A stretch of DNA of 64,000 nt from Geosiphon pyriformis uo1. Taxonomy: Eukaryota > Fungi > Glomeromycota. Below are positions 12,562 through 24,449 of the stretch, piece after piece. A program made the position numbers and the translations under genes. The notes beneath the pieces are model-generated. The model had not been told where the DNA came from, did not search any database, and worked only from the letters and a program-made list of their open reading frames with translations. The stretch is taken from NCBI GenBank assembly GCA_016748015.1, contig JAAOMT010000222.1, positions 375,924 to 439,923 on the forward strand, given 5' to 3'. Each line of letters starts with the position of its first letter. Within the stretch, counting starts at the first letter, position 1.

Positions 12562-14095
12562 TGTTATGGATTGAAGTAACAAATTAATGGATAGCAAGAG
12601 AAAACAAAATTGTAGAATGATGAAAGAAATCAAAGAGAATTCAATTTCAAAGAGCAAATTGAATGAATATAGATTCAATATGCAAAATCAGTCTTATAAA
12701 ATATCTTAGTTGCTATACTTTTTAAAAGATAACCAGGGAATCAGAAGGTAAAAGAATAGTCCATACTGTCAACAAATAATCACATACTGGTATAATTCTA
12801 TGTTTCATATTAGCACTCTTAGAATTCAATATCAGGTATTAGATGTTGTTACTTATAAAATATAGGAAGTATATTAGCATATAAATTAGCCAATTAAAAA
12901 TAGCCATAGTAAATATAAAATTCCAGGATTCCTCTCAAGAAGAATCATAGGATTCCAGAAATTTCAGGATTCTTATATAAAAAATCGCAGGATTCTAGAA
13001 TTCCAGAATTCCTCTCAAGAGGAATTGCAGAATTCCTGATGTGAAAAATTGAGGAATTGAGGAATCTTAATTATGTATATATAGCAGTAGTGCTAAAAGT
13101 AGAAAAGACAGAATCTTTTAGTTAGAAATCTTCCATTCACAAATATTAATAAATAATTATTATTCTTTATCTCAATCCATTCTTCATTATTAACACTTCA
13201 TGTTGATAGTAATTGATACTTAACCATACTAAAACAATAACTTTTAATTATGGCTATTGACAGAATACTAACTTGTAATTGCTTTTGTTTATTTTGTTTA
13301 TTTTCTTTTATTTCTTTGTTTTACTAATTGATTAAGAATTAAAGCACTGAATTATTGATATTAAGGATAGTCTGGTAAAAAACCCAGAAATAAGGGTAAA
13401 ATTATATATATTAATAAATAGCTTACCAAAAGGGCATGACTGCCAGATTAAACCAGCCACCACACTGAAGACAGAAATTGGGAAAACAACTTGAGAAATC
13501 AACCAAAACCAATTATAGTAAATTTCTGTCTATTATACAAAGAATTCAACTCTAAAAACCTTCAAATACAACATACCAGTATTATCAGCATTATCAAGAT
13601 ATTGAGCACCAAGTTACAGATTTGTTATTTAATCTGAGATCCCAAATAATCATTTGTAACAATGTACTCTTCAATCACATTTTATTCAATAATCTTCAAA
13701 TATTGTAATTACACATTTCAGAAAAAGAGTAAAAAATAACCAACAAGTAATCTTTTATCTCAAGATATTCAGATACTTGAAGATAGAAAAAGAGAAATTA
13801 GCAATAAGAGAATGATTAAGATAAAAGTTGTTATTTTATTTTTTTTATTTTTTTGATTCTTATATACTTTTCTACAGCTAAAAAATTTATTACTTATATA
13901 GTTATCAAAAGTGGTCAATAATCAGATCAATAATTAGGTCAATGATTAGGTCAATAATCAGGTCAATGATTAGGTTAATAGTCAGGTCATTAATCAGGTT
14001 AATGATTACTATTTAAAAATAGAGTGGCTAATTATATAACATTAATGGCTAATACATATAATAATTAATAAAAAGTGTGAGTTTTAACTGTAATA
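12562..14095 (-). repeat. 3' LTR of element A (interrupted by solo LTR 12847-13661; contains eight 12-bp tandem units at 13913-14008)
   Basis: Aligns with 30394-31084. Its net length is 715 bp versus 691 bp, and the 24-bp difference equals two extra 12-bp units. Confidence 0.9.
12847..13661 (+). mobile_element. Solo LTR (B/D-type superfamily) inserted in the 3' LTR of element A
   Basis: TGTTAC...TGTAACA termini and an ATGT 4-bp TSD on both sides. Its 3' half is homologous to the LTRs of B, D, E and G. Confidence 0.9.
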
Positions 14096-14757
14096 TCATC
14101 CTTTTCAAAGAGATTAAGCTCCAGTAAAATCAAGCTATTCATGAGATAATCTAATTAAAAAGTCTTGTTTAACTCAAAGTTAACTAGTTTGTTAAAGTTT
14201 TTTGTAGATAGGGTATATAATACTTGTGATAAAATAAGTTTTGTATCCAAGAGATTAAATTTTTGTATTAAAGTTTTGGCTCTTTTAGCAATAGTTAAAA
14301 CTCTTGAAACATCTAACTGTATAATGCCCAAAATTTTTGCCTGTATCTCTGAAGTTGTTTTCTTTATAAGTTTTATATTCTTTATGATTTTTTTAAGATA
14401 ACCATAGAGTTCTAATTGTCTTTCATATGACAGATTTTTGTCTATGAGCAAAATTTCTTGGATTGTTTTTCTAATTATGCTAAAAAGTGAGAATATAGCT
14501 GCTGTTATACTTTCTAACAGATATTTATTTATTTTGCTATCAATTTTTTCCCTTCTGGTAGTGGTTTTCTTTGGTCTAATAACAATATATGTTTTACTGT
14601 TATCAGTTATAGTGGTCTGTTTTTCAATAGTCAGAGTAACATTTGGATAGTTTTGATCCAATACTTATGAAGAGTATAAAAGGCATTTTGAATATTTTGA
14701 TCCAGAAAATAATTGTTTATGTTGATTAAAAATATCTCTGTTTTGGAAATGGTACAT
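14096..14757 (-). pseudogene. Extra ORF (ORF3) of element A, between integrase and PPT; function unknown
   Basis: ATG at 14757 lies 4 nt after the integrase stop. The frame reads MYHFQNRDIF...*VLDQNYPNVTLTIEKQ...VLTIAKRAKTLIQKFNLL...LSTKNFNKLVNF and includes the 168-aa open stretch 14155-14661. Confidence 0.65.
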
Positions 14758-14761
14758 TTAT

Positions 14762-17700
14762 TTATACTTGATTTTTGCTGATTAATTGGATTGGTATTAC
14801 TACAACAGGCAACCAATCAGATCGTTTATGATATTTTTTAAATCATATATCATAAACAAAACAATCATTGAAAATTGTTCCAGATTGATCTTGAAGAATA
14901 TAAGAACCATTGTTCAAAACTTTGTTAACTATAAAGGGTCTTTTCCACCAGCTAGAGAATTTATCACCATAAATATTGTCTCTGTCTGAATAGTATTCCA
15001 ATACCAAGTTATTAATACTTAAAAAAAGTGTTTTATAGGTTTTCTTTTTTTTAAGCTTTTCTTGAAACTGTTTTATTTTTTCAAAAGCAATTATTCATGC
15101 TTCTACCAAGGAATCAAGAATGGTATCAAGTCTTTTTTGCAAAATGTCTTTGTAATTTTCTATTGTGATTTTTTCAAAAGATATTGTCTTAATGTCAGTT
15201 TTTATTGGTAGTATTGCCATGTATTTATAAAGCAGATAAAAAGATTCATAACTTATTATGTCATGATTTACAGTTCTATAAGCAAACAAAGCTAAAGACA
15301 GTATTTTGTCCCATAAGTTTGTTTTTTTACTGGTTTTAGCTAAGGTTTCACATAGTTTTCTATTGAAACATTCTACTAAGCCATTTGTTTGAGAGTGGTA
15401 AAGAGAAAAAAGTTTATGACATATTCCCATTTTTCTCCAAAGTTTTTCAACCAGTGTACTGAGAAAAGCTTTTTCTCTATCAAATAAAAGTTTTTTGGAG
15501 CAGCCATGATGACAAATGATATCTTTATAAAAAAATTGGCTATTAAGACTGCTGTTTGGTCTGGAGTGGCTCTTGCTTCTACCTACTTTGTAAGATAGTC
15601 AGTAGCTGTGATAATGTATCTGTTGTTATCAAGAGTTATTATTAAAAGTCTAATAATGTCTATACCAATTCTGTCAAATAGTTGACCAACAGAGATTGAA
15701 TGGATATTTTTTTTGTGATTGAATTTGTCTTTTCTTTAGCAAATATCACAGATTTTGATGTATTCAGCAATGTTTTTTCCCAATATAGGCCAATAATAAT
15801 GAGCTAAAGTTTTTTGAATTGTTTTTGTTTTTCCAAAGAATCCAGCTAATAGATCAGTGTATATGTTGTATATTACAATTTCTCTTTCTTCAAATCTGAT
15901 AACTCTCTGGAAATAGTCAGAATATTTTCTGTTTTTTTTATATAATTAGTTCTGGCAGATCAAATAGAAATTTGATTGTTTGCACAAATATTCTCTTTGT
16001 TGTTGAATGTATTCTAATGGGTATTGTTTTTTATCCAAAAATTCCATTAAGGCAGAATAGTTGTTCAAGTCCATTATCATGTTTGTTTGTGAAAGAGTTA
16101 CTAATAATTAGATTGATTTGGTTTGAGAAGTTGTACTATCACTGGATGGTAAGTTTAGAAAGAATGTTGGCATTTTGATGATTTGCTCCTTTGTGGTATT
16201 AAATATTATAGTTAAATTTATCCAAATGGAGTATTCAGCAAGTTATTTGTTTGTGTTCTAGCTTCTTTTTATTGCATAGCCAAACCAAGACTTAATCTGT
16301 TATTACTAAGAATTTCACACCAAAAAAATATTGATCCCAGTAACTAGTAGCCCAAACTACTGCTAAATATTTTTGTTTAGTAACAAAATAGTTCTTTTTT
16401 GCTGGTATAAGAGATCTACTGACATATGCTATAACATGTTCTTTGCTATTTTCATCTTTCTGTGAAAAGACACCACCAAGTCCATAACCAGATGTATTAG
16501 TGTGGAAGATAAAAGGTTGGTTCAAATCAAGTTGCTTGATAATTGGTTTAGTAACAAGTTTTTTCTTCAGAATTTCAAAAGCTTTTTGTTAATGAGTGTC
16601 TCAATAATAGTTGACATTTTTTCTGAGTAGCTGATTGAGAGGAAAGACGATTTTGGAGAAATCCTTGATAAATTTGCAATAGTAAGAAGCCAAACCAAGA
16701 AAAAAGTGTAGTTTAAAAATATTCATTGGTTGTCTAATGTTTTGAACTTTCTTAATTTTAGCTGGGTCAGAGAAGATTTCATTTTTTGTAATAAGATGAC
16801 CAAGAAACTGGGTAAATTGACATCCAAAGAAAGATTTGATTAAGTTGATCTTAAAGTCAGCATTTCTGAACAGATCAAAAACCTTCTGCAAATATTCAAA
16901 GTATTTATCTCAGGTTTTTAAGTAGACTATTATGTTGTCTAAGTAGACCAAAACAAAGTTTTTTTTTACTGATTCAAATACTTTGTTTATTAGGCATTAA
17001 AAGATAAAGGGGCATTAGTGAGACCAAAAAACATAACTGTAAATTCATAGGTACCATACTTGATGATAAAGACAGTTTTTTTTCTGCTTTCTGGATCTAT
17101 CTCTATTTGTCAGAATCCAACAGTTAAATTAATGATTAAGAAGAAAGCAATACCATTGAATTTATCTAACATTGCATCAATTTTGAGAAGTAGATACATA
17201 TCTCTTATAATAATGGCATTTAGTTGGCAGTAGTCAATACAGAAGTGTAGGGTTTCATCTTTTTTGGATACCACTACAACTGGGAAAGACTATTTATTCT
17301 TGGTTTTTTATATGAATTCAAGATTTTTTATCTGGTTTATTTCTTTCTTAATAAACTTATTATTGTGTTGATTGAATTGATAAGACTTCAAATAAATAAA
17401 ACAAGTTTCTTTTGTGGTAATAGTATGTTGTATTACATGGGTTTATCTAAGAGTATTATCTTTTTTTGAAATAACTGAGCTATTTCTAGTCAACAAATTT
17501 TCAATGTCCACTTTTTTTTCTTCAAGAAAAGGTTTTTTTTGTTTTGTAACTAATGATTGAATTTCAGGTAGTTCATTCTTAAAGAATTTTTGTACTTTTT
17601 TTAGTTTTTCTCTGGGTATCAAACTAATTGGCTCCCAATCTTTGTAATAGATCAGACAGAACTTATATTCATCACTAAGAGAATACAAGAGTTTATTACA

Positions 17701-18746
17701 CCAGCACTTGGCACAAAGACCATGCTACTAATAACTGTATTTTGCTTTCTTGCCAAGTTTTCTATCAAAAGTTTTTCTAAGAGTATCATAGTAGGGTCAG
17801 CAGATTAGCTTGTCATTTACCATGATTCTATTTTTATTAGCTTTAATATTGTCCAGTAACTTGCTATTGCTAATAAAGATAGTATAAGTGAATTTAATAG
17901 TTTTTTTTTATTCTTCTTGATCTTTTTTTTCATCACTCTTATCATTATCTGATTCATCTAATTGTTCTTTTTCTTGGTTCTTCTTGAGTATTGGAGAAGT
18001 TGTCCAATGGTAATATTTAACCATGATGGGTTTCTTACTATATCTGATAATTAGTTCACAGAGTTTATAATCAAGCAAAGCTTTTGCTTTCTTAAGCCAT
18101 TCATTGTTAACTATTATGGTGTATTCTTTCATTTCAGATACTTTTATGTCAGTTTCAATGTTGATACTATTAATTCGGACAGGAACAGCTTTGGCTATGC
18201 CCAGATTTTTCTTCTTGTCACCATGTACATTGGTTATTAGTCTTGTGGATGGTTTATTAATTTTTCTGCCAATTGCTTCTAAGAAGTGTTTGACAATAAT
18301 ACTAACAGATAATCCACTGTTCAGGATTAAATCAATAAAATAACCAGCCACTTGGGCTTTACAAATGAGAGGAGTAACATTGCTGTTGTTAGCAAGTCCA
18401 GCTTGGCGTGAGTGCTTGTTAGTTTTTGATGTCTTTTTTTTGGAAATCAAAGATTTGTGAAGATTTTTTCTGAATTGGGAATGGGTCATTAACTGGCCAA
18501 AGATAATATAAGCAGATGTTTCTATAAAATTTTTGACAACAGAATAAGAACCAGATTTTTGTACTATTTCTGGGGATTTTAACTTTAGAGAATTCTTAAA
18601 AACTTTGGTCTTTGGTGGCTTATTGTTATCAACAATAGAAGTTAAGACTTTGTTGGGATCTAGAATGAAATCAACCTTGGCTTTCTTTTTTTTTCTTGTT
18701 AAGTCAGAGGAATTAATAGCCAGTTTATCTATATTCTGGTTATTGT
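14762..18746 (-). pseudogene. Element A gag C-terminus and pol (protease, short Cys-rich spacer, RT, RNase H, integrase)
   Basis: Protease LILNSGLSVSII (decayed DSG) ~18310. RT ~16600-17400 (FVLVYLDNII). RNase H FIFHTNTSGYGLGGVFSQ...HVIAYVSRSL ~16290-16525. Integrase core ~15095-15700. GPY/F-like region ~14900-14960. Confidence 0.88.
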
Positions 18747-19627
18747 TGTTATTCATAAAGAAAACAGTTATAGAAAATAGTAGACCAATAAGGGAGTAGT
18801 AGTTAGCACATAAGCATATTGCTTAGCAATATGGAGCAATATCAGAAATTACAGCACATTGCTCAACAATGTAGAGCAATGTTAGAAAATTAGGGCATAT
18901 TGCTTAGCAATATAAGTATTGCTCAAGAAATTATAGCACATTGCTCGAGAATATGAGCAATCTCATAAAACATAAATTAAGTATATATAACAGTAGCATT
19001 AGAAACAGAAAAGACAGACTCCTCAGTTTAGATTTGATTTAAGCAATCTTTTACATTACAAATATTAATAAATAATTATTCAATATCTTAAATCCACTCC
19101 CCACTATTAACACTTTATGTTGATAGTAATTAATACTTAACTACACTAGAACAATAGCTCTTGATCATAACTATTGATGGAATACTAACATTCATTGCCT
19201 TGGTTTATTTTTTTATTTTCTTTTATTTTCTTTTGTTTTGTTATTTTTTGTTAGGTACTAATTGATTAAAGGATTAAAGTATTAAGTTACTAATGTCAGG
19301 ATATAGCATTGATAAAAAACCCAAGAATAAGAGTAAACATTCAGATTTGAGGATAGCTTATCAGGAAATTGCCAGCCACTACACCGAAAAAAAAATTGAC
19401 AGAATTGTGATTCCAGAAAGTAATAGACAACAACTACTTAACCTATGAGTTAACATTGAAAACACTATTTAAAGAAAATTACATTAGAATCTCTGTTCAT
19501 TATACAAAAAACTTAACCAAAATTTTCAGATATAGTTAACTGTCAGAAACCAACATCATTATATCAATTAAGCACCAAGTTATGAGTTTGTTATTTGCTT
19601 TAAGACTCCAAATAATTACTTGTAACA
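18747..19627 (+). repeat. 5' LTR of element B (four ~40-bp palindrome-containing units at ~18814-18965)
   Basis: TGTTA...TGTAACA termini; colinear with 27835-28715. Confidence 0.92.
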
Positions 19628-19629
19628 TT

Positions 19630-19646
19630 TGGTGCTTCCTGTGAGG
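19630..19646 (+). promoter_or_regulatory. Primer-binding site of element B (TGGTGCTTCCTGTGAGG)
   Basis: Starts 2 nt after the LTR with TGG, complementary to tRNA CCA. Decayed homologues follow the 5' LTRs of A, C, D and E. Confidence 0.85.
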
Positions 19647-22600
19647 TATAATTTTACAAAAAACCAGCACCAACAAACAATTATCCAAAAGTAGCAGAAT
19701 CAAAAATAATAGGAACAAATTATTTAGGATTCACTAAATTTTTATTTCAACAGTACAGCCAACAATTGGGCTTAACCAACAACTATTATTCAGCAGAATT
19801 AGCTTTCAACTTCTATGTTAATGAAAGAATTACAGATTTTTTGAGAAAACCAGTTAACATTGAGTCAGCAAGAGAAAATTTTTATACAGAATTAATCCAA
19901 TACATTAGCTTACTATGAAATTACAGTTTTGCACCAATCATCAAAAAAATTAATCATGAAATTGAAAGATACACTTAACAACAATTTCTCATTACCTACA
20001 CAGATAAAGATAAAGGAAAGTTACAAATACCAACAGCAACTTTAAAAGAAATACAATTACCAATGTGGAAGAAACAAAGAATCAAATCTTTACTATATTC
20101 ATCATACTATTACATATCTGGAAGTACCATCAATATTACATCAGCAGACATGTCCACATCAAATATGACATCAACATTTGAACAACTTCCATTTCAAAAT
20201 AAACAAAAAAAAGCAGAGTTATTGGGAACATATGACAATTACTTTAAAAGATTCAAATCACAACCCCCAACATCATCAGGATTCTGATCACTACCACCTC
20301 CACCAGATTTCGGAATTGCAAGTCCTTGGGAGATAATGGCATTAGAAAAAAAAAAAAAGAATCAAGAATTTAATTATAAAAATTTGATTGCAGAAAATCT
20401 GGAAGTTGAAACTCCAAATATTCAAACCCAGCAAACTTAGAACAATTCAAACTCCGAGTTAATTAATCAGCAAAACTTACTTCCAAAAATCATTATTAAT
20501 CAACAACCAATTGATCTGATTGCTGAACAACTTTAACAGCCACCAATACTATTTCAACAATTATCATCTCAACTACCACAACAACCAAACTTGGATTTAA
20601 TGGTCTATGCCCCAATAGCAAAACTCAAAAAATTCACAGGTGAAAATGATGATGTCCAAGTGTGGCTGAATGATGTGAAAAAAGCTATTACAGCCAATGG
20701 ATGAAATAATGCATAAGCAATACAAACCATTCCATACTTCTTTTAAAATACTACTGACTTATGATATTAGAGCTTGGTCAACAAACCTTAGAACTTTAAT
20801 GCATTTAAGCTTGAGTTCTTAAGATATTTTAGCAACAACAACAGTATTAATTGCTTAGCCAATACCTTCACCACTATCAAGCAAGGAGAAACTGAAGCAG
20901 TTACTACTTACTTAGAATACTTCCATAGAAACTTGTGCCAAATATAAGCAATTAATGTGAATTACTTTACAACATCACAAATTTTAAACCAGTTTATCCA
21001 TGGACTGTGTAGTAGTATTCTCCAATGCATATGCCTAATGCACTCACAAATTCTTCAAGACACAGTTACTAATGCACAGGATTTCAAATTTGCAAAACTC
21101 GAAGCTAATCATGCTCAAACCATTAATCTAGTAATGAACAGATTATCTGAACTGGATTCCAAATTAAAACAACTCAGTAATTCAATTAATCAGAAATTAA
21201 AAGGATACTTAGCTAATAATTGTGCAATTTATCAGCCATTCTAATGATGCAATAATTCTGGAAACATGAATCACTCCCAAAATCAGGTGCTTTTTCATTA
21301 TTATCCAATCAGTTATGGCAGCAAAAGACATATAACTGCCACAATTGTGATAAACAAGACCATTTGAGAATTGACTGCCATTTTTATAATAAGAACTTAC
21401 AATCAAAAAATCAATATTAAAACCTCAATTGCAGGTTGCAAACTCTGAATTAATATCCAAATCAGAATTAATACTTACCTCATTATATCCAAATGATACA
21501 ATAGCCAATTTATTAACCACCAGTATATTAAGTTCCAATTTATCAGCTAACAAACCCTGTCATTTATCAGCTATAGCTGCAAGTAATATACCAGTCCCAA
21601 CAAATTCAAACACCACCACAAAACTTATCTCAAACTGGAACACAAAGGCTGAAAATGATACAACAAAACTGAAGATCAGCAATAATTATCTATTAACCAA
21701 TTTTCAGTTCTTCTACCTAACAATTAGGAACATGCTCTCAGAATTTGGAGACTAGGTACACCCAAAACCCAAGTTTTTAGAACTATTTAAGTCTTCTAGT
21801 AACTCCAGAAAATGCCTTATCCAACAACCAGAAGCCCAATCAAACACTACCACTTATCAACAACATATCTCCAGCCACTATTACCAATAACAAATTATTA
21901 GCAGCAATTTTTTCATTCAAACTTGAGGAATTGTTATTTATGCTTTTGTTTAGTGGAGCTGCTCTTAAAAAAAAACCAATTACCATCATGTACACTGATA
22001 CTAAAGTTGATGGCCATCCCATCAAACTCATATTAGATAGCAGATTAGCAAGCAGCATTATCACCCAACAACTTATAGACCAATTAGGTTACTGAGTTGA
22101 TTGCACTGCCAGCACCAAAATAATAATAGCTAATAGAGTAACCAAAACTCTAATTGGCAAAATAGACAAATTACTTATTAAAATCAACAGCATTATTATA
22201 CCTATTAAAGTTCTTGTAATAGAAGCAACTTAGTACCAAGCTTTTGTTGGGAATAACTGGCTGTCCAAAGCCAATATCATGCTCAACTGAAACACTCAAG
22301 AACTACAGCTCAGCCAAAATGGCCATCACACATGTGTGCCAGTTACTTGTGGTCATTTTAAAACTACTATCAACAATAAGCCATTCATTAAATTAAAAGA
22401 AGAAAAAAAAATCTACCTGGGAAGTCTACCAAGTCTTATGGACCAACACCAAACACAATAAGTTACCACTAATACTCTTCTGGAACAACAAAAGAAAAGG
22501 AAAAAAAAAAGACACACTAAAAGAAAACATTGCTACAGAAAAAGTAACAAGTGGCTGGAAAAGATTTTACTTATACAAACCACTAAAGCAACCACCATAT

Positions 22601-23500
22601 ATCCCACTCAAATACCAAGATTGTAACAAGAAACTCTCTTCTATGGGAGCTTAGATTGTGCCCAACAAAGATTACTAGACATGAACACATTATTACTGTA
22701 AGCTGTATCACAAAGAACAGTATGGCTATTCAAAACAACAAGGCAAGTAGGACAACAAATTATGTTTTGCTTGTGAAAAATAGTTGCTTGACAAAGAAAT
22801 GTGGAATGACATTTTTGGTTAAGGAAAAATGTATGACACTTCATGCCAATACACAATCCTCATAAACAACTGAATCAGTTGTGATACTCCTATTACTGCA
22901 GTCTGGCATCAAACAATAACTCGCTTGAACAGTTACCCACATAACAAAGACAAGATCTAAAGAATGACAAATGCCAAAGTAGAAGAAGCCACATTCAGCA
23001 AAATCTTGGAAATTAAAAATAATCTTCCAGAACCAGTCGACATCATCCTCATCCCAAATCCAGATGCTTTTCTTGACATAGAAACAGGTCCAAAAAAGTT
23101 TCATAAGCACTATCAAAATTTGGCACCAACAAGAAAAGAGCAAAAACAATATTTAGAGAAAATAAACATCCAATTATGTGACCACTGTTTGATTTCATGT
23201 AACTTTCAATATTGTAATAAGTGTGACCTTATTTACAATCCACCATCACACATGATTTACACAATCTCGGAAAAGGAAGAACCAATCAGCAGCTATGTAT
23301 CAGAATTGGAATCAACTTTTAATTCTGATTCAAACTTTGACAACAATAATAACAAAAACAATAGTTCTAGCTCTATGCAAATTAGCAATGATAAAAATGA
23401 CAATTCAAACTCAGATTCAAATTTTGAACAATACATCACACTTTTTGATCTCTCTAAGAAGCAAAAACTCAGATAGTTCAGTGACAATGATAAAAGTATT

Positions 23501-23890
23501 ATGCCAGAATGTGTACATAATACCAATGCCAGGTTTGATTTGAAATATTTAAGAAAAGATGCCATCAAATTGGAACCACATTTACATACTTGTATCAATC
23601 ACAAAATAGCACTAGAAATCCCAGCAACAACAATGATTTAACTAGCATCTAGGAGTAGCTTAGTAAAAAAAAAATCAACATCAAAGGAGGAATAATTGAT
23701 GCAAGATATTTGGAAAATATTATTACAATATTACAAAATGACTTAGAAAAGGCCTATATCATAGAGCCAAATGAAAAGATAGCACAGACAATATTTCTGC
23801 CTCAGATTAAAATAGCTCAATTAGTCTTAGTAGAAAACAGAGAAAAATTGGGGATTACAGCTAGAGAGATATAGAGATTTAGATCAACAG
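23501..23890 (+). pseudogene. dUTPase domain within pol of element B
   Basis: All five trimeric dUTPase motifs are recognisable in decayed form: ARFDL (AGFDL), LASRSSL, GGIIDARY (GGIIDAGY), EKIAQTIF, and REI*RFRST (RGxxGFGST). It lies between the protease (~22000-22360) and RT (~24450). Confidence 0.85.
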
Positions 23891-24449
23891 ATAGAATAGA
23901 TATATCAATTAATATGACAGAAAAAAAAATTGCTGACAAGAGAGAAATTATTTCCACCCATCAATCAATTTTCATTCCACTATATGACCAGTACATAGTA
24001 ACCATAAAAAGAAAAGTAAAAAATCAGGTACAAATTTTTAAGACAGAAGCAACACTTTGTAAATTAAGAGAAATTGAATTAGTCAATCTACACATACCAG
24101 CCAAGAACTACAGTCACATCAAAATTCCTATTTACAACAACATGGAAAACACCATCAAGATACCAGAAGGAACCACCATTGGATATTTAATCACTGAAAT
24201 TGAAAACCAACTGCCAAGCACCATTCCAAACTTTTCACAACTGTGTAGATATGTAGATATTACATTTCAAACAATATATAGATGAGAAAAATGTTATCTG
24301 CTCTAACCAGAACAATTGGAACAGATGAACTTAGAAAATCTAGACTTACTACAATGTATGCAGCTCAAGATATTACTTAACAACTTCAATGACATTTTTG
24401 CTAGCAAAAATAAATTTGGCAGAACTGACATAATTCAGCATCAGATCAA

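Noticed and set aside
13913-14008. Regular short repeats (also 18814-18965, 31905-32090, 58600-58730) as a possible CRISPR array
   Set aside because: These are tandem units with no unique spacers, located inside LTRs of a eukaryotic genome, with no cas genes.
14165-14650. Hydrophobic antisense ORFs (also 18104-18343, 21840-22064, 23293-23598, 41586-41873, 55412-55720, 62585-62863) as membrane or env proteins
   Set aside because: They are shadow frames opposite A-rich retroelement coding strands. The hydrophobicity follows from T-rich codons, and there is no independent support.
17908-18756. 282-aa ORF that looks like an intact gene
   Set aside because: It is the gag-protease part of dead element A. 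Its ATG comes by chance from the antisense end of element B's LTR, and the protease catalytic Asp is mutated (NSG).
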